Assembly (NCBI RefSeq): GCF_009914755.1
Contig: NC_060934.1
Source: the human T2T-CHM13v2.0 reference genome, Homo sapiens
Strand: one strand, 5' to 3'
DNA length: 64,000 bases
Part shown: one piece after another, positions 37,251 through 51,289 of the stretch
How the letters are laid out: each line of letters starts with the position of its first letter
How positions within the stretch are numbered: position 1 is the first letter of the stretch
Notes under the pieces: model-generated
Databases searched by the model: none
Told to the model about the DNA's origin: nothing
What the model saw: the letters and a program-made list of their open reading frames with translations, nothing else
Program-made: the position numbers and the translations under genes

Positions 37251-37752
37251 AAAGACAAACATTTCTAAGCCAAAAGCAATGGCTCCATCACTCAGAGAAC
37301 CTCCCAGGTGCCAAAAATCAGTTCATCTGGGCCAAGGACAAGAAGTAGTCGTAGTGACCATGGGGAAGGCAACAAGGAAACAGATGTGAGAGATAATGAA
37401 GAGATGAATCCTGCTGGTGAGAGATGCAGCCTTTTAAAATTATTTAAGACCCCTCATTTGGAAAGCACATTGGAGAGAAGGCAAAAGAAGAATGGAAAGT
37501 AGGTAAGGCTGAGGTAGAGTGTGAAGATCTAGTCCTCCTTGGGAATTTGATCACGATTGCTTTAAATGTTTACATACATTTTGGGAGAATTGACAGTTTT
37601 GCAATACCAACTCTTCCAATTCATGAACATGGTACATCTCTCCCTGTATTTAGGGTCTTCTTTAATATCTTTCAAGCAAGTTTAGTAATTTTATCCTTTT
37701 GAATTTAAAGCATGTTAAGGCGATAACATTTTTATTTAAATATTTCTTGGTA

Positions 37753-38497
37753 ACTTTTTTGAGAAGCATGTGGCTACAGATGTGGATGCTGATACTCTCA
37801 ATGAATAGTGGAAGTGTTATGTGGTCTGAATCAGTGGTGGAGACAACAAACAAGGTTTCCCGTAAAACAGGTGTCCCTATCCATGGTCACGTCTGCCTGC
37901 TGTTGAGAAAGAGCATTTCTGTAATAGACCAATAACTAGATAAAGAAAGCACAAATCTGTTTGGGGTTGCATTGTGGATGCCAATCTGCATGTTCTCAAG
38001 TTAGTGATTTAAAAAAAAAAAGAAATAAAGAAAGTAAGAAAAGAAGAAGGGAAGTATATTTCTGGACTGACTAATACAACTGTGCCTCATCACCTGGGGT
38101 CCACAGGAGCTAAGAGAATTTACAAATGTTTCAACCTCTCTAAGGAACATGATGTTCTCCTGCACATTGTGAGAAAACTCCTCAATAAAGAAAGTAAGAA
38201 ACCCAGGACCAAAGCACCCAAGGTTCCCCATTGTGTTACTCCACATGTCTGGCAACTCAAACATCAGCATATTGCTTCAAGGAAACAGCATGCTAAAATA
38301 TATATATATGTATATATATACATACATGGAAGAAGCTGTAGAATATGCTAAACTTTTGGCCAAGGAAATGAAGGAGGTCAAAGAAAAACACTAGAAAGAG
38401 ATTGCCAAGAGACCGAGGCTATTTTCTCTGAAAGCTTCTACCTCTGAGTCCAGTCAAAAATAAGATTTTCTAAGAGTAGCAAATAAATAAGATCAGA
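37753..38497 (+). pseudogene. RPS6P14: Processed, 5'-truncated RPS6 pseudogene
   Basis: Intronless degenerate RPS6: TFFEKHVATDVDADTL..., GCIVDANL, FNLSKEHDV, NKESKKPRTKAPK, EEAVEYAKLLAK, ...ESSQK* (TAA 38461), then RPS6-like 3'UTR AAATAAATAAGATCAGAC. It has stops and frameshifts. RPS6 origin is certain; the P14 number is from memory of the locus. Confidence 0.93.
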
Positions 38498-38585
38498 CAT
38501 CCACAAGAGGGAGAGGGAGGGAAGAAGGCGAGAGAAAGAGAGAGAGAGATTTCAGACACTGCAATTTATCAGACACTGATTATAA

Positions 38586-38924
<339 letters not shown>

Positions 38925-39771
38925 TGAAAGACAACTTTGAAAATATCTACAGGGAACAGCAAACTACAACAATTACCTCCCAAATGTGACAGATAAACAA
39001 ATAAAATGTCTAGAAATTTTAAGAATACAATAATTGAGCAAATTTGCTGAATTTGGGCATGTGAACAGTAACCCTAATGGAGTTGTGTAATATGGTTACC
39101 CAAATGGAGTCTGGCATGAAGTTCATGACTTCAGTCCAGCTCCACAGAACACTCTGGCCTTTTGCCAGATCATCTCCTCCAGTCACAATGTTAGGATCCA
39201 AGGGCATACTGTAAGTGGTTTTGGGGCAATTCGGGTTCCAAACATTGGTACCAACATCCCCAACCTAGGGGCAAAATCCTTATTCCCTGTGGGAGGCATT
39301 GCACACTGCTGCAGGTCTGCTGACTTTATTCCAATATGCTGTTTCTCATCTGTGACCCTATGATCTTAAGGACCCCAGCCAGGGGTCCCACGCTGGACAA
39401 GTATGGAAGAAGTGACTGTGACTAGCTGTTGAAGACCAGTTCAGCCCACTAGAGGGAAAATGGAAGCAAATAGCTGGACCAATGTCCCTGAGTCTGCTTT
39501 ACCAAGATATCTTTCTCACTCTCTGTCCATCTCTTGGCCCTTAACAAGCCTGGGAGAAGACAGAGGTTACCTAGTCCCGAGGCCGAATACTTAGCATGAC
39601 ATTGTCTACCTGGAACCACAATATTAAAAGCATTTAGAGATTTCTGAGCTGTCACAGGACAGAGGGAAGGAGAAAAATAATGATAAGATAACCCAGGGAT
39701 AAAATTCCAAATATTCTCTGAATCCTGGGGCAAAACTGTTTGTTTTTAACTCTGATAAAAATCACAGTAAT

Positions 39772-39927
39772 TGGCCAGGCGTGGTGGCTCATGCCTGTAA
39801 TCCCAGCACTTTGGGATGCCAAGGCAGAAAAATCACTTGAGTCAGGAGTTCAAGACCAGCCTGGCCAACATGGTGAAACTCTGTCTCTACTAAAATACAA
39901 AAATTAGCCAGGTGTGGTGGCATGCAC
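39772..39927 (+). mobile_element. Alu left arm (3' part missing)
   Basis: ggccaggcgtggtggctcatgcc...aaaattagccaggtgtggtggcatgca. Confidence 0.88.
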
Positions 39928-40087
39928 TGCAGCCTAGGAGCAATAGGCTGTACCATATAGCGTAGGTGTGTAGCAGCTGTATCATCTAGGTTTGTGTAAG
40001 CACACTATATGAGTTTCACACAACAATCAAATTTCCTATCGATGTATTTCTCAGAATGTATTCCCATTGTTAAGTGGCGCATGACTA
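39928..40087 (+). mobile_element. Tigger3 (Golem) right end
   Basis: cctaggagcaataggctgtaccatatag...ttaagtggcgcatgact. Confidence 0.8.
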
Positions 40088-40310
40088 GCTATTAGAAGAA
40101 ACACAGGCAATCTACACTTTGGGAAGCAGAGAAAAATTATCACCTGCTACTATTTTCCCTCATATTGTTGGTTATTTCAAAACTCTCTGGATATAAAGCT
40201 AGTTAGAAGGAAGGGTGATTTCTAGTTTGCCCGGCTTCATTTCCCCCAGGACAGTGGTTCCTGGCCTGAGTTCTCATGGGATAAGGGGAAAGAGTTCCTG
40301 GTTCTGTGTG

Positions 40311-40624
40311 TGTATTAGTTCGTTTTCACACTGCTGATAAAGACATACCCAAGACTGGGCGATTTACAAAAGAGGTTTAATTAACTTACAGTGCCACATC
40401 TCTAGCGAGGCCTCACAATCATGGCGGAAGGTGAAAGGCACGTCTCACATGGAGGCCGACAAGAGAAGAGAGCTTGTGCTGGGAAACCCCCCTTTTTAAA
40501 ACCATCAGATCTTGAGAGATTCATTCACTATCATGAGAACAGCACAGGAAAGACCTGCCCCCATGATTCAATTACCTGGGAATTCAAGATGAGATTTGGG
40601 TGGGGACACAGCCAAACCATATCA
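40311..40624 (-). mobile_element. THE1 solo LTR, TSD GTGTG
   Basis: tgtattagtt...cagccaaaccatatca; GTGTG on both sides; followed by (TG)n to ~40725. Confidence 0.9.
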
Positions 40625-40682
40625 GTGTGTATGTGTTGTGTGGGTGCATGTGCATGTGCATACAGGTGTGTGTATACATGAA

Positions 40683-40726
<44 letters not shown>

Positions 40727-42081
40727 TATGTCTAGGGTAGAGGCAGAGGACAGAGACCTGGGTCAGGCACCAGGATTTCAGGGTGAAACCCGATATGTGT
40801 TTTTCCTCTTGCTCTGTGTAAATATCTCCATGTTTGAAAATGAACCTCATGGGCCTGGTGCCAGGTATAAACAGCCCTGGACTGGGAGACCTGCTACCAT
40901 AGAGGTGCTAGAGTAGGGTGTGGGTGAAGCGCAGAAGGTAGCAAAGAAAGCATAGGGGTGCACTATGCATGGGGTCCAAAGGGGGCTTTGTCATTACCCT
41001 GGGGACTTGTTGTTCTTGGTTGGATTCCTCAGGAGCCGCATTCAATCCCCAGCCACCAGTCTCCCTCCCTGACCTGATCCTATCCCACCATAGATGAAAT
41101 GCCAGGAGTCTCATCTTCTTTCTTCATGCTCCATGCCCTCTCAAATCTTCTTACTATCTTCTTTTTCTTATCACTCCCCCAAACCAACTGAAGACCCCTC
41201 AGAGGGGTCCTGATGTCAGTAACAAGCAAATGTGGTCATTCTTGGGTCCTGCCTCACAACACTCCAGTTCTAAGTGATGAATATTTACAGGACTGTTCTC
41301 AGTATTTCCAAACAGAGTATCTCCACAGGAACCCCCCAAATGTCCCAGGGAGTTTACATCAAGAAAATAAAGATTGGGAACAATGAGGCCTGGGCAAGGC
41401 CTCAGTGTCTTATCAAATACCCCCAGAATCCAGGGATCCCAGACCAGAGTGTCCTGCTATACTACATTGGCCCATTTATGAGCTGCTGAACTCTGTACCC
41501 CTATCCTCAACCCTGGCCAAGGATAGAGGACTCTAAAGATCACTAAGAACTTTTCCTTGCTTAACTTAATGGTTTTTCTGCACCAGTGCCAGAAGAGAGA
41601 GAAAGAGAGACAGTCCAACCTTGGGTATTCCTTTATAACAACACAAACAGACTGAGACAAGCCCTAATAAAATTAAAAGTTAAACTTCCTGATTGATTCC
41701 TCCCACCCATCCTTGAGGTAATTCCTTTGTGGCTGAGCACAGATAATTAATCCTATCTGGGGGCATTTTCACTTGACCCTTGCTGAGAGGAAACCCAACC
41801 CATCAAAAGTGGTGACCCGGGATTCCACAAAGACGCTTCTCTCCTCTCCTTACCTTAACTGCCTTCTGCTCTGCCTGAAGACACAGATGACTGCTCAAGT
41901 ACAGGCTCCCATTTCCCAGGGCCCAAGCCCTCCTGCTTCGAGGGACCTGCTATTCCTTTGCCTAGCCTCCCTGCTGGGTTTCCGTATTCCCTGACATTCA
42001 CAAGGTATTTGGGCACATTTCCATACCATACCACATCACACCATACCATAGAATTATCTTTGGTGAATTCAGTACCCAAGA

Positions 42082-43663
42082 CAGGGCCAGCTGTATAACT
42101 TGTAGGACTAAGTGCAAAATGCAGATGGGGTGGGCCTTTGTTCAAAAAGCAAGAAAAAAGTGTCATTAAAGGTACTAAAATATAAAGATTGCTTTTTTAA
42201 GGTATCATATTACTTATCAAATGAAATGATGTAATAATAATTCATGACTAACATTATAAACCTATAAATTGCTCCCCAAACCTATTTATGGTATCATAAT
42301 TTTATATAATACAATAAGCAATAATACTTTATTAAGTATTATTAAGGTGGTATTTTGATTGATCATAATATTTTTCTGGATCACTTTTCCAAAAATATGT
42401 TTGTCAGGTCATTAAAATGTATAGCTTTAGCCACTTTAAAAACAATTAATTTTCAATTAATATAATTAAAAGCAATGTCAGTTGCTCTTGGCAAGTGCAC
42501 AAAGATAATTTTTGGTAATTTTAAATTTTGAGAAGGATCATTCTACAGATGTGATTATTCCTGGAAATATTAAGATTATTTTTTAGATTGTGACAACATT
42601 AAATTTATGATAAGTTATTTCAAAATACAAATTTTAGTACATCTAGAACTGATGCTTCTTAAGAAACAATTTTTCTAAAAATATTTAACTTGTCATACAA
42701 CTTAATTTCACATAAGTTGTATAATTTCAAATGTAAATTTAAACAATGGTATTTTAATGTTTCCTCTGACATTTTCTGTAATTTGTGGAAGTTGTACAGG
42801 AAACAAAATGTCTTTATGGTTTGTCTATAATTTAAAATACCCATTTATACATTAATGCTATATCCTTGTATCTTCTATCACAAAAGAAAGTTAATTTTAA
42901 AATGTCTTCCTCATTAATAATTGGTTTATCTGAAGCTTCATAGGAAGATAGTATTCTTTTTCATTGAATATGACAATAGTTTATCTTAATTTTTATTTCT
43001 AAGCCTGTGGATATTCATTTTGCAATCTTGTAGCAGTTTTCAAAAGCAAATATTCTAAACTCTTTGAAGAGCTCTAATAATTCCTTGATATGCTTTATTG
43101 CAATGTCTTTGTTGCATTTTTATTTGGTAATAAGAGTACAGTTTTGTGATAAATGTACAGTTTGTAGCTACCAAAGTTTACTGCCCCAGCATGGAAAGTT
43201 TCTGTCCCATAGTTTAGGCCAAAGTGCAGATGCCCTGAAATGGGCTCTGGGTACTGATGAGGAGACATGTCCCACTGGGGTTCCAGTCTAGCCCCTCCTG
43301 TCTCTGAGATATGGCCAGTATCTCTTACTGCTGCTGCTGCCTTAGCCAACACCAATCTGGGCCCATGCTCTGGTTCCAATTGTCCCTTCAAAGTCTCACA
43401 GTGCCTCAGGCTGCCCCACGCCCACGTGTGTGCTGGACAGTGGGCCTGGGCCCATGCTGCATGCCCTACTGCCTGGCATATCTCCTCTGCCCATGCTTGT
43501 GCTCCAGTGTACCATCAGACTGCACTCACAAAACACAAGTCCAAAGATGAAATTATAAGAATTGCAAGATGGCAACAGCAGAGCATTAAACCAGCCATGG
43601 ACTCCTTGTGAGAGCAGGGTCCCATGCGACTGCACAGGCCAAATTCTCATGAAGCCAGTGCTG
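42082..43663 (-). mobile_element. MER45R-like hAT-Tip100 DNA transposon, both ends present
   Basis: Degenerate TIRs CAGGGCCAGCT / AGCCAGTGCTG, imperfect 8-bp TSD ACCCAAGA/CCCAAAGA, and a hAT dimerisation-domain remnant (SVE*SFSKFKITKNYL) near 42500-42550. Confidence 0.82.
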
Positions 43664-43687
43664 CCCAAAGAATTTGCTGCATAGGAA

Positions 43688-43820
43688 AGGGATTATATAA
43701 GTTAGTCATTCAAACCTGGATGCTTTTGAAAGTGCCAGACACACAATTAATAATCACTCTGGGGCAACAGGTATAAACTGGACTCATCCTGGACAACCTG
43801 GGGGCATCTGATCCAACTAG
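43688..43820. mobile_element. MER94-like hAT MITE
   Basis: ttcaaacctggatgcttttgaaagtg...attaataatcactctggggcaacaggtataaactggac. Confidence 0.6.
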
Positions 43821-45085
43821 GAGTCCAACACAAGAGGCTCATATTCCCTGACTGTGAGTGATCTTCACTTCTGCAATGGACCAGCCGTACACATGTGTGA
43901 ATATGCATAGGGTACTCCACACGGGAAACCTAAAATATGGTGTCTCAACCAGTTCTTCTCTGTCCATCTCCTTCTTATATGCTCGCATCTGAATTTACCA
44001 CCATCCTCAGTTCTAAAGAACTGAAAACCTTGCTCCCTGTGTAAATTTTGCCCCAATATATTTGTCCTCTCCTGGCCTCACTGCCCTCCCAGCCTGGGCC
44101 CCAGAGTCCTTACTGTGATAATCTCTGGGGCATCTTCAACTGCTTTGATGTCCATCTTTCCGTTTGACATGCCCAGGAAAAAAACCCAGCTCCCAGATAC
44201 ACCCCTCCAAATGCTGTCTCTATTTCTCTACCTCTGTTGACAAGGACTCTAGAGAAAAGTCCACAACTGTGTCACTGAGAATGCACGGCTTTCCATCTCA
44301 GCGGAGCACCGAGAACCCTTGAGCTCACCGTTTACCTTGGCACTCGTAAATGTCTTGCCTTAGATAGATGTATAAGCTGCAGGACTGATGTGGTGGGGAG
44401 ATTTCTGGTGCCTTGGCTAGTTTCCTCAGGGGAATTTTGCTTCCGTGTAGTTTTTTCCCCCATCACTTTTGGTTAAAATCTGTGCCTCAGAGGCCAGCTC
44501 TTGATACTTGGTTTTCTTTGGCTTGCCTCTTACAGCCCTTTCCAGTCTCCCTTTGGGGTTGCAGACCTCAGAAACAGTGAAGGAAATTCTGCCCCTTAGG
44601 TTCTGATGTCCCACTCTGCTGTGAGGCTAGATGGGGCCAAATATTTGAATCCAGTGTAGTTTGTGTGGTTCTTCCTTCTCTGAGTGCGTGGGTAGGTGCC
44701 CTCACAAAGAGTTTCAAATGGGAGGGTCCCCATTACTACTATGGCACACCCTTGTAGTGGACCTTGCTTGATGGCTTGAGGATAGAGAGAATCTCATACC
44801 ATGGCCCTGCCTTTGGGAAGAGGGTATTTGTGATATCACTGTTGTTCCTGCTGATGCCAAAGAGAAGTCCTGCTCCCTGCTCTGCACAGATTGGCAGTAC
44901 CAACCACACTTTGGCTTTTCAAGGAAATAGAATACTATAGGGGGCAAGGGAAGTGGTGAGCTGGGGTGTGGGTTTGAGACCTTATCCAGTCTTCATGACT
45001 TAGCACTCCCAGAAATAGATTTCTGCCCTATCTACCCTGGATTGCTTATTCCTCAAGCATGGCTGGAGCATTTGGGGAGGAATGC

Positions 45086-45450
<365 letters not shown>

Positions 45451-46412
45451 TGATACCTCCCTCTGCCTTTTCCCAAGCCCAAAAACCCTACTCACCTCTG
45501 CTAGCTTCCCAGACCACGACAAGCCTCAAGCTGGCCAGGCTGACCAGCTATGCCAACCCTCAGCTGAGAGTGAATCCTGTAGGTTTTTGGCAAGAGAAGC
45601 AATGCAACCTACCCTCAGAAGTGAAGCTGTCATTGACTGGGAATCTGCTTCAGGAACAGGTTTAAGAAGCCATTGAAAATTCCTTCAAATTGTCTTCTAA
45701 TCTCCACTTTCCAGAAGCAACAGCACCTTCTCAGGAGCATCAGAGGGCCTCAGGGATCACCTCTGAGTCAGGAACATGAGAATGCCCCAGCAGAGGTCGC
45801 TGGCAAGGCTGCGGCAGGGAAACATCACTTGCCCTCTGAGGGGCTCAAAACCCTGCCACCTGCAGAGACTCTTAACTCTCCAGTGATGCCAGAATCTCTT
45901 TCTCATTCCCCAATGATGCCACAAAGAGTCTTTTCAAATCTAGCCAAGAATGAGTAGGACTGTTGGCCAAGGTTGGGAATTCACAGGGGTCTCTCTGCCA
46001 AAGGGTCATTGGTGGAATGCCTGCCAGTCTAGCATGAGCTCCAGTTTTACATCTGAAGGGTGAGGGTGAAGGCCAGGAGGTAAAGGTGGAGATGGGGTGG
46101 AGGGGGCCGGTAATGAAGTGTTGTTTTCTCTCCACAATGGGACCTTGGCACAAGTTCTACAGTGCAGGAGCTATGAAAGGCAAAATTTCACTGGGCTCAA
46201 AGAAATTCTTAGCTAATAATTGTAGATGGGGTAGGGTGTTGATGCTAAGAGATCTGGTAAAAAGCTCTCTTCTAAAACATTTATTTATTTAAAACAACAA
46301 ATATTTTATTTACAGGTTGTATGACTTCAATAATATATTCTTTCTCTCCTATTCAATTTCCTTTATATTTTTTTCACCAGGGGATGAACACTGAATATCT
46401 TCAGTTTCTGGG

Positions 46413-46591
46413 TACTATGGACTGAATTGTGTCTCTGTCTCCTCTAATTTCATATGTTGAAGCCCCAGCTCCCATTGTAATGGCATTAGGAGGTGGGGCC
46501 TTTGGGAGGTGATTAGGGTTGGACAAGGTCAGGAGGGTGGGGCCCACATGGTGGAATTACCATCCTCATAAGAAGAGACACCAGAGAGCTT

Positions 46592-46635
<44 letters not shown>

Positions 46636-46826
46636 TCCCTCTCACTGTGCCATGTGAGGACACAGCAAGAAGGTGACTGTCTGCAAGCTGAGAAAGGTGA
46701 CTTCACCAGAACCTGCCCATACTCCTATCTCAGACTTCCAGCCTTTAGAATTTTGAGAAAATAAATTTCTGTCACTTAAGCCACCTAGTTTATGATATTT
46801 TGTGATGGCAGCCCAAGCTAAGGCAG
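46413..46826 (+). mobile_element. MLT1A-like LTR containing (CT)n at 46593-46643
   Basis: ctatggactgaattgtgtc...ggtggggcctttgggaggtgattagg...gccatgtgaggacacagcaagaagg...aataaatttctg. Confidence 0.82.
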
Positions 46827-47048
46827 TGGGTGTGGATGGAGAGAGGACAATTTAGCATATGTGTAAGATGTGGGAGGTGGGCAAAACATTGGAAAAAAAG
46901 AACCAATAATGAAAGTAAGAATAAAGAATGAAAGCACAAAAGCTAATGGAGAGCAAGATGTTCTGTCCAGTTGCTCTGAGGTTTTAAAAAAACAGAAAAT
47001 ATGCCAAATTTCTTAGGGCACTGGCTTTCATTTTTGGCTACAAATTAA

Positions 47049-47452
<404 letters not shown>

Positions 47453-47529
47453 GTGTGGGCAGTTTTAAAGCCCCTCCCCACCCAGGTGATTAAAATGAGC
47501 AGGGTGACTTGTGAGTCAGTGTCCTGCTG

Positions 47530-47712
47530 CTGGGATTCTCAAACTCAAATGGGCATCAGAAATGCCTTGGGGGGGCTCATTAAAACACAGATTGCTGGGC
47601 TTCTTCCTCAAGGTTTCTCACTCAGCCGGTCTAAGGTGAGTATGAGAATTTGCATTTTCGACAAGTTCTCAGCTGATGCTGGTCTGGGGAACCACAATTT
47701 GAAAACCATCGT
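47530..47712. mobile_element. MER5A
   Basis: ttctcaaact...catcagaaatgcc...aaaacacagattgctgggc...gagaatttgcattttcgacaagttctc...tttgaaaacca. Confidence 0.78.
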
Positions 47713-49049
47713 CTTAGAGGAATAAATGCTGACCTTTTTTTTTTTTCCCATGGAAATATGCATGTGTACTCAATCTATAAACTTGACTAGCTTAGTTGGT
47801 TCTCTCTTGCATGTACCTGTAAGCAAAAACAGGGTACCACTTGTAACTTCAAATCAGAGTTCTGCCCATTCTGTCTCCACTTCATTTTGTTCAAGTTGCG
47901 ACTGAGGAGCTCGGGCCATTTTTGGCCCTTTCCTACCCCTGAGGAGCCACAGTTCTTGCAGCTGGAGGATGGATTTACAATACGAACACTCATCTTTCCT
48001 CTACTCATGCATCCAGGGTCTGTCTTGCTTTATCGGGAGCCAGCAGGCTCTACCTTGAAAGATTCTCAAAGAACATCCCTGAGTCAGGGACTGACTGACC
48101 AAGGTGCTGAACCTCTCCCTCCTGTTGGGGGAAAAGTAGACTTGACTGGAGACATGGGTGGGAGACGAGACTGGGAGGCTTGAAAGCAAGGCTAACAGAG
48201 AAGGATGGTGGTGGAGGTGGAGTCAGGGGAGAGGGAGTGTCCTTGGAGATGCCCTTCTGCAGGCTTTAGTTGGTAAGTACCTTCCCACCAACCCAACTCC
48301 CCACCCCTGGGGTGAGGTCAGGGAATTAGGAAGTAAGTTGAAGTCTCAGCTTTCAGTTTCTGCACCCTGAACAGCTTGGTGATATTCACCTGACTACCTT
48401 AGCCAAAGAAACATCTTCAGTGCAATCCATTGTGTGTGGTCTGGGATGACAAGGGAAGAGATACTCTGGCGGAGTGCAACCTCTTCTTGAACATCCCTCA
48501 GGGCTCCAGCAGAGGCTGAGTTTGAAAGGCCTACAGTTCCTCTTCTCTCCTTTCCCCATCCCAGCCTCAGAGGTATCCAAAGACCAGGTGTCCCCAAGAC
48601 AGCTCTCCTGGGACAAGAGACAAGAAACCTGAATTCACTATATTTTCCTCTTTTTCTGAGTCAGCCCCTTAATAGGTTAACAAGGAACCCTAACAGGTTG
48701 ACAAGAAAGAATTGCATGAAAAGGAAGAAGAAGGCCCAACACTGCATCTGGGTTACAGAAAAGCATTTTGAATTTGCAGAATATCAGAGATAATTACATT
48801 CCATCAGAAATAGCAAAATGCTTTCTGAAATCAATCATACACACACACAAACACACAAACGCACATATGTAAATATGTGGAATGTTCTTTCTAGTTGTAG
48901 ATAATCAGAAGCTGACCATGGTAGACTGATACTAAGTCAGAAGCTCACTCTGTGGAGTGAGACAGAGGCGGTTATTAACAATAGCATCACAGAACTGGGC
49001 GTGAAACTCTGGAGCTCTGCTCCCAGCAACTCCCCTCACTTCACAACAG

Positions 49050-50475
49050 CTCTAAGGGTTGTATTGTTTTTTGTTACCTCCAGGCCTTTAATTTGTCTGG
49101 TGAAGAGTAGGTGGTACCTCTGTCTGTGCACTCAATCACACCCCGTTCTCTCTGGAAACACACGTCTTCCTTCTCTTTTGTGTGTATTCAACCTCTCCCT
49201 CTCAACAGTCTTCCCATCAGATGTAAAATATGCTTGTGTCCTACTTCACTGCCCGACTCATCCATATTCACCACCTTTATTTTCTCACCTCCCATTCATT
49301 TCCCAGCCCACTCTAATTCACTTCTGGTTCTATTACTCCAGGATTCCAAGCCTCCTCTTATGTTTAATATTATTGATCAGCCCTTTCTTCTTGAACACCT
49401 CTCTCCTGGTTATCCTTCTATCTCCCTGGCAGCTCATCACAGACTCATCTTCCCCTTTGTGGCCCTTTAACACTGAAGTTCCCCAAGCCTGGTTGCAGGC
49501 CCTCTCCTCAGGCCTAGGCTGACCCATCTATCCCAAGGCTTCAAGGAATCACTCACTGTCAATGATTCGTCTCTTAACTAGCTGAACCTCAGCTCTGTAT
49601 ATCCAACCACCAACTTAACATCAGTTTTGGGCATCTCAAAAGCCTTCAAACAGCCAAACAGCCTGCTCTCATGATATTTTAATGCCAGTCTGGTCCTTTT
49701 CCAAGATTCCCATCTTGGTAAACCAGCACTAACATCCATCCTTGGCCACAAGCCAGAAACCTTTGAGTTTTCCTTGATGACTCCCTCTCCTTCATTGCCC
49801 CACATAACCCATCACTTGGAGAATGTGCAAGTTCTGCCCGTTGGACCTCCTAAATAATTCACAGATCTTTCCATGTCCATCAACTATTTCCATGACCATC
49901 ACCCTAGATCAAGCTTCCACCTCTTACCGTCTAGGCTACTCCTACATCCACCTGGGCTCTTTCCAATAAGGAATCTTTTCAAGAAGCTATTCTGACCATG
50001 CCACACCCTTTGCTGAATATGTCAGGGGCTTCCCATTGCACTTAGGATAAAAAGATTTTCAACATGGCCAATATGGATGTCCTACGTTTGGTCCCTTTAC
50101 CAATCTTCCTGACTTCATCTCATAGCTCCTTCTTCCTTGCTCCTCCAGCAGAGCTGGCCTTTCCTGAATTTCTCCATCTTATCCTGCTTAATCTCATCAG
50201 AGGACCTTTGCGTGCAAAGCTACCTCTAAAATATTCTCTGTCTAGTCAAACCTATTCCCAGCTCAAGTGACAGTTCCTCAGGGAAATCTTTTCTGGCCTT
50301 ATTAACTAGTGTATTAATTGGTTTCATAGTATTATGTATCCTTAACAATTTGTATTATAAAACAGTGATAATTTTGCGTTTACTATTATTACTTTCATAG
50401 TACAGTGATTAAATCTGTAAACTCTACTGTATTGCCTGGCACTGAATGGGCATGCAATAAATAATTATTGCAGGA
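49050..50475 (+). mobile_element. L2 LINE
   Basis: Extended L2 3' region ending in ttgcctggcactgaatgggcatgcaataaataattattg. Confidence 0.7.
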
Positions 50476-50649
50476 ACAAAGGATGGCAGGAAGGAAATTA
50501 AGAAGGTTGAGAGGGAGGGAGAGAGGAAATGGGAAGAGAATGAATGAATAATCATCTGTATGTTCCCTTTCAGAATCACCAGAAACAGGCCAGCCCCACA
50601 TGTAATAGGAAAGTAGTTTACCTGAAATCATTCATTTATTCAACAAATA

Positions 50650-51060
50650 TTTATATATTCATTATTAAAGTAACTTACTTGTTTCTGATTGTGAACATAA
50701 CTATTCCTCTCGGAAAACATGAGAAAATACCCAAAGTATAAACGAGAACCAAGTCACCCTTTATTCCATAGTCCAATGATGAACCATTGTTAACATAATT
50801 TGGTGTATTTCTTTCCAGGTTTTTTCTATGTGTATATATAGTATCTAAGTGGGACCATTCTATATATGACTTGTTTCTTGCTTCTTTCTCTTAATGATAC
50901 ATTGTGAACATGTTCCTATGTTGTTAAGAATTCCTTGAACACATGGCATTTAAATTGCTAAAATGTATTCTACCGAATGGTGTAGGTAGTTCAAACGCCT
51001 TTCCACCCGTTGTTGGATATTTAAAGGACTTGTCAATTTATCGCTTCTGTAACATTTACA
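50650..51060 (-). mobile_element. L1ME-like fragment
   Basis: ccattgttaacataatttggtgtatttctttccag...gttggatatttaaagg. Confidence 0.55.
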
Positions 51061-51289
51061 CGCTTTGTGGGGCCTCAGAAGTAAACCAGGTAATGCAAGG
51101 AATCTGGGAAGAGGTGGATTTGCAAGGAATCTCGGAGGAGGTGGATTTTGGAAAAACTGGAGGCAGCTTTTCCCGGGCAGCTGAAGAGAACACTTATCTC
51201 TCTGTAGGTTTCTGGGACCCGGACAGGTGTCCTCAGAATGGAACATATTGTCGGTCAAGGTAACCAGCTCTTCATCACTCAGGTGTGTG

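Noticed and set aside
38082-38351. 89-aa RPS6-like ORF as a functional retrogene
   Set aside because: Non-ATG start, 5' truncation, flanking stops and frameshifts, and a microsatellite insertion.
39444-39460. CTCF-like CCACTAGAGGGAA between the genes
   Set aside because: Lacks the conserved GGC end of the core motif; cannot be supported without ChIP data.
49001-49522. 173-aa hydrophobic ORF
   Set aside because: GTG start, lies in CT-rich L2 sequence, no recognisable domain.
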